44,860 nt of DNA from assembly GCA_033763905.1 (NCBI GenBank), contig JANRJP010000068.1, positions 1-44,860 of the forward strand, given 5' to 3'. This document shows, piece by piece, positions 35,698 to 44,860 of the stretch (position 1 is its first letter; each line of letters opens with the position of its first letter). The stretch is from Gemmatimonadaceae bacterium. GTDB taxonomy: Bacteria > Gemmatimonadota > Gemmatimonadetes > Gemmatimonadales > Gemmatimonadaceae. The position numbers and the translations under genes were made by a program. A model generated the notes under the pieces. It was not told where the DNA came from, did no database searches, and was given only the letters and a program-made list of their open reading frames with translations.

Positions 35698-37395
35698 TTA
35701 CATCCGGTCCGGCGACGAGATGCCGAGCATCCCGAGACCGTTCGACAGCGCCACTTGCGCCGCCTTGGCCAACACGAGCCGCGCCTGCTGAATCGGCGCC
35801 GGCTCTCCGAGCACGTGATGCTTGTGGTACCAGGTGTGCACGAGCCGCGCCGTCTCGAGCAGCCAATTGGCCACCCGGTGCGGCTCCAACGATTCGGCGG
35901 CCCCAGCGAGCATCGCGGGGTAGTCGCCGATCGCCTTGATCAACTCCTGCTCCTCGGGCTCAACCAGCACCGACAAATCGACGCCATCGGCCGAGAACGC
36001 GGCACGATCGATCTCGCCCACGCGGAAGATGCCGCAGACCCGCGCGTGCGCCATCTGCACGTAGTACACCGGGTTCTCTTCACTCTGCGCGCGCGCCAGA
36101 TCGACATCGAACACGAGCTGGCTGTCGCCCTTCCGCATCAGATAGAAGTAGCGGACCGCGTCACGCCCGACCCAGTCGATGAGATCCCGCACGGTCACAT
36201 AGCTGCCGGCGCGCTTGGAGATCTTCACCTCCTCGCCGCCCTTCATCACCGTCACCATCTGGTGCAGGACGTAGTCGGGGTAGCCGGCCGGAATGCCGAT
36301 GCCGAGCGCCTGCAGCCCCGCGCGCACACGAGTGGTGGTGCTGTGGTGGTCGGCGCCCTGCACGTCGATCGCGCGACGGTACCCGCGCTCCCACTTGGTG
36401 ACGTGATAGGCGACGTCGGGCACGAAGTACGTGTACGTGCCGTCACGCTTGCGCATCACGCGATCCTTGTCGTCGCCCCACTGCGTGGTGCGCAGCCACA
36501 GGGCCCCGTCTTCCTCGAACGTGGCGCCCGCCGCCGTGAGTGCCGCGACAGTCTGCTCGACGCGGCCATCGGTGTAGAGCGACGACTCGAGGTAGTACGT
36601 ATCGAAGGCCACGCCGAAGGCCTTGAGGTCCAGGTCCTGCTCGGCGCGAAGTGCCGCCACGGCGTATTGCCGCATCTCGTCGAAGCGCGCGGCATCGGCC
36701 GGCCGCTGCCCGCCCTGAATGGCCGCGACACCTTCGTCGAGCACGCCGCCGTCCGGCGTCCCGCGCTCGGCGACGTAGCGCTGCGCGATTTCGCCGATGT
36801 ACTCGCCGTTGTAGCCGCCCTCGGGAATCGCGGCGTCACGACCCGCCGCCTGTGCGACGCGGATCCACAGCGACTTCGCGAGGTTCTCGATCTGTACCCC
36901 AGCGTCGTTGTAGTAGAACTCGCGATGCACCGTCTGCCCGCGCGCTTCGAGGAGCGACGCGATCGCGTCGCCCAAGGCGGCCTGTCGGCCGTGCCCCACG
37001 TGCAGTGGCCCGGTGGGATTCGCGCTGACGAACTCGACGTTGACCGGAGCGACGCCTGCCGTGGGCGCGACGCGCCCGTACTGCGCACCGGCCGACACGA
37101 CCACGCGCAGCACTTCCGCCTGTGCCCCCGGATCCATCCGGAAGTTGATGAAGCCCGGGCCGGCGATCTCGACGGCCTTCACGCCGGCCGCGCGCACGTC
37201 GAGTTGCGCGACGATGTCGGTCGCGATGTCGCGCGGCTTGCGGCCGAGCGGCTTGGCCAGCGTCATCGCGAGATTGGTCGCCCAGTCGCCGTGCGACGGG
37301 TCGCGCGGCCGCTCAAGCAACGCGGCGGTCCCCGCCGGCGCGCCGAGGCCGATCGCGACCTTGGCGAGTTCGGCCCTGAGGGTGTCGGCGCTCAC
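35698..37395 (-). CDS. argS: Arginine--tRNA ligase
   Basis: HGDWATN, AGPGFINF, EFVSANPTGPLHVGH, GADHH, KISKRAG, ENPVYYVQMAHAR, terminal PDRM. The GTG start overlaps the upstream stop. Confidence 0.97.
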   Translation of the reverse strand: MSADTLRAELAKVAIGLGAPAGTAALLERPRDPSHGDWATNLAMTLAKPLGRKPRDIATDIVAQLDVRAAGVKAVEIAGPGFINFRMDPGAQAEVLRVVVSAGAQYGRVAPTAGVAPVNVEFVSANPTGPLHVGHGRQAALGDAIASLLEARGQTVHREFYYNDAGVQIENLAKSLWIRVAQAAGRDAAIPEGGYNGEYIGEIAQRYVAERGTPDGGVLDEGVAAIQGGQRPADAARFDEMRQYAVAALRAEQDLDLKAFGVAFDTYYLESSLYTDGRVEQTVAALTAAGATFEEDGALWLRTTQWGDDKDRVMRKRDGTYTYFVPDVAYHVTKWERGYRRAIDVQGADHHSTTTRVRAGLQALGIGIPAGYPDYVLHQMVTVMKGGEEVKISKRAGSYVTVRDLIDWVGRDAVRYFYLMRKGDSQLVFDVDLARAQSEENPVYYVQMAHARVCGIFRVGEIDRAAFSADGVDLSVLVEPEEQELIKAIGDYPAMLAGAAESLEPHRVANWLLETARLVHTWYHKHHVLGEPAPIQQARLVLAKAAQVALSNGLGMLGISSPDRM

Positions 37396-37703
37396 GACGC
37401 CGACGGCTTCGGCGTCGTGCTCGAGGCGGCCGGCGCCGGCGCCGCCGGCTTGGCGTCGCTCTTCGATTCGGACGACTTGGATTCGCTCGGCTTGGCTGCG
37501 ACCGCGCGCTGGTCCTTCTTGCCGTCCTTCCCGTAGTCCGTGATGTAGAACCCCGACCCCTTGAAGACGAGGTCGGCGCCGCCGGAGATCAGTCGCGTGG
37601 CGACAACGCCGTCGTCGAGCGTGATCTCGGAGGGCACTTCGCTGATCTTGTACCGACGTTCGACGATGCGGCCGTCGGGCGCCTGGAATTCGTAGGTGGG
37701 CAT
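37392..37703 (-). CDS. FmdB-family putative regulatory protein (cysteine-free variant)
   Basis: MPTYEF... start, LVFKGSGFYITDY signature and low-complexity Ser/Lys/Ala tail; it is the C-terminal part of track ORF 37392..38723. Confidence 0.85.
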   Translation of the reverse strand: MPTYEFQAPDGRIVERRYKISEVPSEITLDDGVVATRLISGGADLVFKGSGFYITDYGKDGKKDQRAVAAKPSESKSSESKSDAKPAAPAPAASSTTPKPSAS

Positions 37704-37759
37704 CTTGGGAGGTGTCAGACGATACTGCGTGTCCGGAACAGCCTGCGAAAGATAGCCGA

Positions 37760-38830
37760 TCAGCGCTTCCGAAGGGACTCCAGCCGCTCCTCGATTCCTG
37801 CCGGCAGGGTGAGCGAGTCCGCGATCCCGGCGATCTCGTCGGCCTCCTTCCAGCGGGCCTCCAGGTCCCTGAGCTCCCCCTCGAGCCAGCGGCGTTCCTC
37901 GGCCTCGTGCAGCATAATCTCGGCGGCGAGGCGGCGATTGGGCTCCATCTCCCGCAGCGGCGTGTGCTGCTCGGTCGCCTTCGTGAGGCGCAGCGGGAAC
38001 GGGTAGTCGGCCACGAGCCGCCGCTCCACCAGCCGGACACTCGACTCCACGACGGACTTCGAGGCGCCATCGCGGTTCACGATCGGGAGAATCGCGCTCA
38101 GGGCCTGTCGGGCCTCCTCGCCCTCCAGCAAGTGCCACTGCTTGAGTTCCATCGCGCTGTTGATCCTCCGCCGCGAGGCGCCATCCCGCCGCAAGGCGTC
38201 GATCACGTCGACCTCGGCGCTGACGTTGGCCCACTCGTCCCCGGTCCCCCGCACCGCCAAGGTCAGTCCGTCCCCCTCGACCTGCACGCGGGTCTTGCCG
38301 GCGTTCAGTGCCGACAGGTCGATCTTCGACCCGTTGGGTCGCGTCAGGCGGTTGACGGTCTTCTTGTTGCGGTAGCCCTCGTACAGGGAGCCGAGATTCA
38401 GCAGGCCCACGCCGCCGATGCCGAGCGCGATCTGTCCGGCGATCGCCAGCCCAGTGCCCGCCACCATTGCCGCGCCGATCATCATCGCTTTCCGGTAGCG
38501 TCGGCCGAACTGGTCCCCGTACCGCCAGCCCGCGAACTCCGGCAGCATCGGCTTCCCGATGCGAACCAAGTCGACGCCCTCCCCCACGCGCGCGAGCCCA
38601 ATGTTGTCGGTGCTGACGCGCTTCCGGGTGTCGCGGTAGAGCTTCTCGCAGGCTTCGATCGCCTCCCAGCGTTCCTCGAGCGGCGACAGGTTCCAACGCT
38701 CGCAGTTCGGGCAGACGACCCACAAGCGACCGGCGGCCTGGTCGAATGCCAGCCGGCGGCCGACGGGGAACTGCTCGATGGTCTCGTTACGGCCGAGGGC
38801 CTGGTTGCACCAGATGCAGGCGGCGTACAC
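37760..38830 (-). CDS. Hypothetical protein with N-terminal CxxC...CxxC zinc-ribbon-like domain
   Basis: CIWC and CPNC, WNLSPLEERWEAIE, a Gly-rich hydrophobic segment and a C-terminal coiled region; coding-like codon usage. Confidence 0.85.
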   Translation of the reverse strand: MYAACIWCNQALGRNETIEQFPVGRRLAFDQAAGRLWVVCPNCERWNLSPLEERWEAIEACEKLYRDTRKRVSTDNIGLARVGEGVDLVRIGKPMLPEFAGWRYGDQFGRRYRKAMMIGAAMVAGTGLAIAGQIALGIGGVGLLNLGSLYEGYRNKKTVNRLTRPNGSKIDLSALNAGKTRVQVEGDGLTLAVRGTGDEWANVSAEVDVIDALRRDGASRRRINSAMELKQWHLLEGEEARQALSAILPIVNRDGASKSVVESSVRLVERRLVADYPFPLRLTKATEQHTPLREMEPNRRLAAEIMLHEAEERRWLEGELRDLEARWKEADEIAGIADSLTLPAGIEERLESLRKR

Positions 38831-38879
38831 GCCCCGGAATCTGGCGTGACCGGCCGCCGCAATGGTACTGGTCTGACAG

Positions 38880-40469
38880 CTAGAGCCCCGGCCGGTACTG
38901 GCCCCACTGGGCCGACAGGGTGTCGCTGATCTCGCCGACGCTGGCGCGGGCCTGCACCGCCGCGATGATCAAGGGCATCAGGTGGACGCCCGACTCCTTC
39001 CGGGCCACGCGACCGGCCGCATCGCCCAAAGTGGACAGCGCGTCGCGCAACCGCGCCGCGTCACGCCCCGCCTTCACGCGACCGAGCTTGGCGACTTGCT
39101 CACGCTCCAGCGCGCTGAAGTCGGGTGCGGGAATCATCGGCGGGTCTTCCCCGTCCTGGAACTTGTTCACGCCGACGATGACGGTCTCACCGCGCTCGAT
39201 GCTCAGCTGATACTCATAGGCCGAGCGCCCGATTTCATCCTGGAAGAAACCGGCTTCGATCGCGGCGGCGCTGCCGCCGCGCGATTCGACATCGGCCAGC
39301 AGCTCCAGCGCCCGCCGCTCGAGTTCGTTCGTCAGGTGCTCGACGTAGTACGAGCCGGCGAGCGGATCCACTGTTTGCGCGGTGCCGCTTTCGTACGCGA
39401 CGATCTGTTGCGTGCGGAGCGCCAAGGTCGCGGCCATCTCCGTAGGGAGCGCGAGCGCCTCGTCGTAGCCGTTCGTGTGCAGCGACTGCGTCCCGCCCAG
39501 GGACGCCGCCAGCGCCTGCACCGTCACGCGAACGATGTTGTTCATCGGCTGCTGCGCGGTGAGCGTCACGCCGCCGGTCTGCGTGTGAAAGCGCAACTTG
39601 CACGAGGCGTCGTTCGCGCCGTACCGCTCGCGCATCAGGCGCGACCAGATGCGCCGCGCCGCGCGGAACTTCGCCACTTCTTCGAACAGGTCGTTATGAC
39701 AGGCGAAGAAGAAGCTGAGCCGCGGCGCAAAGGCATCCACCGGCAGTCCGGCAGCCACCGCCGTTGCGACGTAGGTCATCGCGTTGGCGAAGGTGAAAGC
39801 CAGTTCTTGCACCGCCGTGGCCCCGGCTTCGCGAATGTGGTAGCCGCTGATCGAAATCGGATTCCAGTTCGGCACTTCCGCGGCGCAGAAGCGGAACACT
39901 TCGGCAATGAGGGCCAGCGACGGCGTCGGCGGATACACGTACGTGCCGCGGGCGATGTACTCCTTGAGGATGTCGTTCTGAATCGTCCCGCTCACCGCGG
40001 CGCGCGCGATGCCCCGCTCCTCGGCGACCGTGATGTACATCGCGAGCAGCGTCGAGGCCGTCGCGTTGATGGTCATCGACGTCGAGACCTTGTCGAGCGG
40101 CAGATCGGCCAGGAGGAGGTGCAGGTCTTCGACCGTATCGATCGCCACGCCGACACGACCAACCTCGCCCAGCGCGCGCGCGTGATCGGAGTCGATCCCC
40201 ATCTGCGTGGGCAAGTCAAACGCCGTCGACAAGCCGGTCTGCCCCTTGGCCAGCAGCAGCTTGAACCGCTCGTTCGTCGCCTCTGCCGTGCCGAAGCCGG
40301 CGTACTGGCGCATCGTCCAGTGCCGGCCGCGGTACATATTCGGCTGCACGCCCCGCGTGAACGGGAACTGGCCCGGCTCGCCCAGGTCCGTGGCGTACTC
40401 CACCCGACCGTCGTTCGGGTGGACCACCAGCGGAATGGGAATGCCGGACGGCGAGCGGACCTCGCTCAT
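38880..40469 (-). CDS. Methylmalonyl-CoA mutase, substrate-binding (N-terminal/large) subunit
   Basis: [56 protein letters not shown]; no DxHxxG B12-binding domain; ATG 40469 overlaps the fbp stop. Confidence 0.93.
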   Translation of the reverse strand: MSEVRSPSGIPIPLVVHPNDGRVEYATDLGEPGQFPFTRGVQPNMYRGRHWTMRQYAGFGTAEATNERFKLLLAKGQTGLSTAFDLPTQMGIDSDHARALGEVGRVGVAIDTVEDLHLLLADLPLDKVSTSMTINATASTLLAMYITVAEERGIARAAVSGTIQNDILKEYIARGTYVYPPTPSLALIAEVFRFCAAEVPNWNPISISGYHIREAGATAVQELAFTFANAMTYVATAVAAGLPVDAFAPRLSFFFACHNDLFEEVAKFRAARRIWSRLMRERYGANDASCKLRFHTQTGGVTLTAQQPMNNIVRVTVQALAASLGGTQSLHTNGYDEALALPTEMAATLALRTQQIVAYESGTAQTVDPLAGSYYVEHLTNELERRALELLADVESRGGSAAAIEAGFFQDEIGRSAYEYQLSIERGETVIVGVNKFQDGEDPPMIPAPDFSALEREQVAKLGRVKAGRDAARLRDALSTLGDAAGRVARKESGVHLMPLIIAAVQARASVGEISDTLSAQWGQYRPGL

Positions 40470-41488
40470 TCGAGCGCCCCAGCCGCGCCCAGCGTCTCGG
40501 CCGCGAGCGCGACATCGTCGCGGCTGCCGACGAACAAGGGCGCCCGCTGATGCAATTCCGTCGGCTGGACGCTCATCAACCGGCGCTCGCCGTCGAAGGC
40601 GGCGCCACCGGCCTGCTCCACGATGAACGCGATCGGGTTGCACTCGTACAAGAGCCGCAACTTGCCCTTGGGGCTCTTGGCGTTGGGCGGATAGCAGAAC
40701 ACGCCGCCGGCCAGCAGGTTGCGATGCACGTCGGCCACCAGCGACCCGACGTAGCGCACGTTCTTGGCCTTGTAGCCCCCTTCGAGCCCGCGGTAGCGCC
40801 GCATCAACTTCTTGACCGGTTCGCTCCACAGCGCTTCGTAGGAGTCGTTGACGCTCAGGAACTTGCCCGTGGCCGGCGTGCGAATGTCCGGGTGCGACAG
40901 CAGGAACTCGCCGATCGACGGGTCGAGCGTGAAGCCGTGCGCGCCCTGCCCGGTGGTGTACACGAGCATCGTGCTCGATCCGTAGATCACGTAGCCCGCC
41001 GCCACCTGCTTATGGCCCGCTTGCAGGAAGTCGGCCACGGTGCCGTGTGGACCGGGCTCGACCTTCTGCAGGACCGAGAAAATCGTGCCCACCGGCACGT
41101 TGACGTCGATGTTGCTCGATCCGTCGAGCGGATCGAACACGCAGACGTACTTGCCGGTGCGGAACGTCGTCGGGATCGGGATGATGTCGGCTTCTTCTTC
41201 CGACGCCATCGCGCAGAGCCGTCCGCCGTGTTCGAGCGCGCTCACCATAATCTCGTTGGCGATCACGTCGAGCTTCTGCTGGATTTCGCCCTGCACGTTC
41301 TCGGCGCCGGCGGCCCCGAGGATGTCCGACAAGCCCGCGCGTCTGACCTTGCTCGAGATCATCTTCGCCGCCAAGGCGATGTCGTACAGGATGTCGGAGA
41401 GGTCACCCGTCGCGTGCGGCAATAGCCGCTCCTGCTCGACGATGAATCGCTCGATCGTTACGGCCTTGTTCGGCGAGGTCGTGATCAT
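40466..41488 (-). CDS. fbp: Fructose-1,6-bisphosphatase class I
   Basis: [55 protein letters not shown] then ATG 41488. Confidence 0.97.
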   Translation of the reverse strand: MITTSPNKAVTIERFIVEQERLLPHATGDLSDILYDIALAAKMISSKVRRAGLSDILGAAGAENVQGEIQQKLDVIANEIMVSALEHGGRLCAMASEEEADIIPIPTTFRTGKYVCVFDPLDGSSNIDVNVPVGTIFSVLQKVEPGPHGTVADFLQAGHKQVAAGYVIYGSSTMLVYTTGQGAHGFTLDPSIGEFLLSHPDIRTPATGKFLSVNDSYEALWSEPVKKLMRRYRGLEGGYKAKNVRYVGSLVADVHRNLLAGGVFCYPPNAKSPKGKLRLLYECNPIAFIVEQAGGAAFDGERRLMSVQPTELHQRAPLFVGSRDDVALAAETLGAAGALE

Positions 41489-41535
41489 AGACCTCAAAGC
41501 TCCCCAACCCCGGCGATCGACACAAGCGGCGCAGA

Positions 41536-43833
41536 TCACTTCGCGGCCGGTCGCCCCGGGACCTCCAGTCGCTCGCCGCCCCCCTCGGCTTCCAGCCGCA
41601 GGCCGTCCGTCCGCACCACCACGGGCCCCAATCGGTCGGTGCGCAGCACGACCACGCCCTGGCGCGCCAGGGCCGACAGCACGGCCCGCGCAGGGTGGCC
41701 GTAGCGGTTCCGCGCCCCGACCGACACGACCGCCAACCGCGGGCGCGTGAACCGCAGAAGCGGCTCGGTGGAGCTGGTCGTGCTTCCGTGATGGCCGACC
41801 TTGTACACGTCGCTCTCCAACGCGGCGCCAAATCGCTCGGCCAGCCACTGCTCTTCGGCTGCCTCCGCGTCCCCGGTGAGCAACCAGCGGATCTCCCCCA
41901 CGTGGACCTGCACCACCACCGACGCGTCGTTGGGTCCGGCCGCGCCCGCGACCAGGTCGTCGTCCGGTGCGAGGACTTTCAAGGTGACTTCGTCCACGAC
42001 CAGCGAATCGCCCGTTCGCGCCGCGCGCCACTGCGTCCCCACCGCGGCGGCAGCCACGAGTGCGTCGCGATAGGCGTCACTGGTCCCGGGAAACCCCGGT
42101 TCCAGCAGAACCACCGGCGCGAAGGTGCGGATCAACGTCGCCGCCCCCCCGACGTGGTCGAGGTCGGGATGCGTCAGCACCAACGCCTCGACTCGGCCGC
42201 CAAGCCGCCGAAGCGCCGGCACCAGCACCGCTCGGCCTGCGTCGCCGGATGGACCACCCGGCCCGGCGTCGACCAGAATCCATCGCCCCCGCCGCGTGCG
42301 AATGCCGAGTGCGTCGCCCTGCCCCACGTCGAAAACGTGGAGTTCCGTCAGTGGCCGTCGGACGAGGATCGGCGCCCACACCGCCCACGCGAGAGCAGCC
42401 ACCGCTACGGACAGCGCCCGGCGTGCGACCCAGGGCGCAAGGCACGCGGCTCCCAGTGCCGTCACCGCCACGCCGGTCGCCACTGCACCGCCGACCCCGG
42501 GCGAGACCACCACGGCCGCGTGCGGCACCGACGCGCCGATGCGCGCAATCCAGTCGAAGCCGGCCAGCAGCACGGACGTGCCGGCGGCGGCCGACGTCGC
42601 CGCCCACGCGATCGGCGACAGCGCGAGCGACAGGAACAGCGCCGGCTGCAGCGCCGAGAGCAGCGGAGACGCCAGCAGATTGGTCACCGGTGCGACGACC
42701 GAGAGCCGCCCCACGTGCCACGCGGACAACGGCGCGGTCAGCACCGCCACCGCCACGCCCGTCGCCAACTCGCGCGCGATCGTGCCGCGCCAGCCCTCCC
42801 AGTGCGCGGGCACGACGCGCTTGGCCCAGGCGCCGGCGCAGATCAGCCCCGCCATCCCGCCGACCGACAACTGGTAGCCGATGTCGAGTGCCGTGAGCGG
42901 GTCCAGCGCCAGTGGCAACAGCGCGCCCCACGCCACCGCCGCCCATTTGGAGACCGGACGCTGCAACACCTTCGCGACCATCGGGATGCCGAGCATCACC
43001 GCCGCGCGGACCGCGGGCGGCGGCGCCCCGAGCCCGACGACATACGCCACCGTCGCCAGCAGTCCGCTGACCGCGGCCGCCGTCGGTGGTGCCCGGAGCA
43101 CCCCGAACAGCACACCGAGGGCCTGCGCGATGATGGCAACGTGCAGACCGCTGATCGAGATCGCGTGGATCAGCCCGCTGTCGGCGAAGCGATCCTTGAG
43201 CGCCTGATCCAGATCGCGGGTGTCGGCGACCACGAGCGCACGAGCCATCGGGGCGTGCGGGCCAAACAACGCGTCGAGCGCCGCGGCGGCACGCGCGCGC
43301 TGCTCCACTCGCCAACTCGCCCCGCCGATGCGCGCCACACTGGCATTGCGCACCAGAATGCCACGGGGCGACGCCGAGGCGTCGCCCGCAATGCGCACGC
43401 GGGCGCCCGGCGGGGCACTCCCGCGGGCCACGATCAACGAGGCGCGCACCTCGCAATGGCCGAACGACACCTGCGCCACCGCCCGTTCGCCCGGTGCGGC
43501 CGGTGACAGATCGATCACTCCCTCAAACACCGACCGGGCCGCCGCCGCCTGCCGACATCGCGTGTCGTCGGCCCGCGCGAGGTCCCCAAGCAGCGCGGCC
43601 CCCGCCAGGAGCAGCGCGAGCCACGGTGTCCACGCGGTGCCCGGCCACTGCCCGCGCGATCCCGCCCACGCGGCCACGGCCGCGGCGCCGAGCGCCAGCC
43701 CTGCGCACGGCACGCCCACGCCGCCCCCGCCGGCGAGCAATCCGAGGAGCACCGCCCCCGCGACGCCAAGCACCAACACCATCCCGCAGCTTGGCGCCCA
43801 AACGACACGCGCCCGGTGGCCTTCTGTGGCCAC
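41536..43833 (-). CDS. comEC: DNA internalisation competence protein ComEC/Rec2
   Basis: [24 protein letters not shown]; metallo-beta-lactamase domain [35 protein letters not shown]. Start uncertain (43833 or ATG 43782). Confidence 0.92.
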   Translation of the reverse strand: MATEGHRARVVWAPSCGMVLVLGVAGAVLLGLLAGGGGVGVPCAGLALGAAAVAAWAGSRGQWPGTAWTPWLALLLAGAALLGDLARADDTRCRQAAAARSVFEGVIDLSPAAPGERAVAQVSFGHCEVRASLIVARGSAPPGARVRIAGDASASPRGILVRNASVARIGGASWRVEQRARAAAALDALFGPHAPMARALVVADTRDLDQALKDRFADSGLIHAISISGLHVAIIAQALGVLFGVLRAPPTAAAVSGLLATVAYVVGLGAPPPAVRAAVMLGIPMVAKVLQRPVSKWAAVAWGALLPLALDPLTALDIGYQLSVGGMAGLICAGAWAKRVVPAHWEGWRGTIARELATGVAVAVLTAPLSAWHVGRLSVVAPVTNLLASPLLSALQPALFLSLALSPIAWAATSAAAGTSVLLAGFDWIARIGASVPHAAVVVSPGVGGAVATGVAVTALGAACLAPWVARRALSVAVAALAWAVWAPILVRRPLTELHVFDVGQGDALGIRTRRGRWILVDAGPGGPSGDAGRAVLVPALRRLGGRVEALVLTHPDLDHVGGAATLIRTFAPVVLLEPGFPGTSDAYRDALVAAAAVGTQWRAARTGDSLVVDEVTLKVLAPDDDLVAGAAGPNDASVVVQVHVGEIRWLLTGDAEAAEEQWLAERFGAALESDVYKVGHHGSTTSSTEPLLRFTRPRLAVVSVGARNRYGHPARAVLSALARQGVVVLRTDRLGPVVVRTDGLRLEAEGGGERLEVPGRPAAK

Positions 43834-43857
43834 CGGGCGCGAACGATTGCGTCGCGG

Positions 43858-44860
43858 CTAGCCCGCGAGCGGCAGTGGCGTGCGAACCTTGGCCTGGACC
43901 GGCGTGCCGGTGAACGTGGATCCGGTCGTGCCGGTCAACTCCACGTCCACGTACTGGCCGATCATCGACTCGTCGCCGGCAATCAACACGGTCTTGAAGT
44001 CACGCGAGCGACCCTGCAGCAGCTCGCCGCGACGCGCGGTCTTCTCGATCAGCAGCTCACGCGTCTGCCCCAACATCGCGACGTTCTTCTCGCGCGAGCG
44101 TCCGCGAATGGTCGCCACAAGGCGGTCGTAGCGCGCCTGCATTTCGTCCGCCGGCACGGCCAGCTCGGGTGGGAGCTTCGTGGCCGGCGTGCCTTCGCGC
44201 ATCGAAAACTGGAACGTGAAGGCATCGTCGAAGCCGACGTCGTCGCAGGCCGACAGGGTCTCCTCGAAGTCCTCCGGCGTCTCGCCGGGGAACCCGACGA
44301 TGATATCTGTCGTGAGTCCGAGGCCCGGGATCGCGGCGCGGAGCTTAGCCACGCTCTCGAGATACGCCTCGCGCGTGTAGCGCCGCAGCATCCGCTTGAG
44401 CGTCTTCGTCGAGCCCGACTGCATCGGCAGATGCACGTGCTCGCAGACGTTGGGCGTCTCGGCCATCGCGGCGATGACGCGATCGGTGAAGTCGTTCGGG
44501 TGCGGGCTCGTGAAGCGCACGCGCTTGAGCCCATCGACGCGGCCCAAGGCCCGCAGCAGGTCGGCGAAGTCGTGCGTGCCGTCGGTATAGGAATTCACCG
44601 TCTGGCCGAGCAGGACGACTTCGGTCATTCCCTGCTCCACCGTGTCGTGCGCCTCGCGAATCACATCCTCGAGCTTGCGCGAGCGTTCGGGGCCGCGCGT
44701 ATACGGCACGATGCAGTAGGTGCACTTGTAGTCGCAGCCGCGCTGCACGGGAATCCACGCCTTCACCTTGTCGAAGCGCTTCGGCTGGAAGTCCTCGTAG
44801 TGCTCCTCGAGATCGAAGTCCGTCGCCGTGACCCGCTGGCCCCGCTCGGCCCGCGCGATG
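43858..44860 (-). CDS. miaB: tRNA-i(6)A37 methylthiotransferase MiaB (5' end outside window)
   Basis: Radical SAM CDYKCTYC-IVPYTRGPERSR, LLGQTVNSY, RFTSPHP, HLPMQSGS, DIIVGFPGET, FS.REGT.A, C-terminal TRAM domain; frame open to the window end. Confidence 0.93.
   Translation of the reverse strand, partial: IARAERGQRVTATDFDLEEHYEDFQPKRFDKVKAWIPVQRGCDYKCTYCIVPYTRGPERSRKLEDVIREAHDTVEQGMTEVVLLGQTVNSYTDGTHDFADLLRALGRVDGLKRVRFTSPHPNDFTDRVIAAMAETPNVCEHVHLPMQSGSTKTLKRMLRRYTREAYLESVAKLRAAIPGLGLTTDIIVGFPGETPEDFEETLSACDDVGFDDAFTFQFSMREGTPATKLPPELAVPADEMQARYDRLVATIRGRSREKNVAMLGQTRELLIEKTARRGELLQGRSRDFKTVLIAGDESMIGQYVDVELTGTTGSTFTGTPVQAKVRTPLPLAG

Noticed and set aside
37396..38723. Apparent long fusions (790-aa ArgS, 443-aa FmdB ORF)
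   Set aside because: The extensions are off-frame read-throughs across neighbouring real genes.

Overview
A high-GC bacterial chromosome segment, most likely Gemmatimonadota. That taxonomy is an inference from gene content and from recalled phylum-typical hypothetical proteins. All but two CDS are on the minus strand. Bases 1-7.8 kb look accessory: two PAS hybrid histidine kinases flank a GH18/CE4/GT2 trifunctional polysaccharide synthase, directly downstream of two tandem tRNA-Ser genes. The first kinase (2269 to <1) is missing from the ORF track because it runs off the edge, and it starts with a cysteine-less LOV-like PAS domain. The rest is mostly core genome: tadA, clpB, recO, a cobalamin-riboswitch-controlled btuFCDB uptake operon, and a tightly packed 24 kb run (miaB, comEC, fbp, methylmalonyl-CoA mutase large subunit, FmdB-like, argS, pfkB, purM, an OM protein, ribDE(BA)H, nusB, GT4, hpf, hprK, a mannose-family PTS, HPr, EI, DUF151). 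I saw no CRISPR array, integrase, transposase, phage or defence system. The best leads are modest: the kinase-flanked polysaccharide module with the Cys-less LOV-like sensor, a sigma54-like clpB promoter with repeated motifs, a stand-alone T9SS-CTD/FlgD-like protein, a Cys-free FmdB variant, an OM barrel gene abutting ribD, and a P2-less B12 riboswitch. Family assignments come from motifs read by eye; no database search was run.
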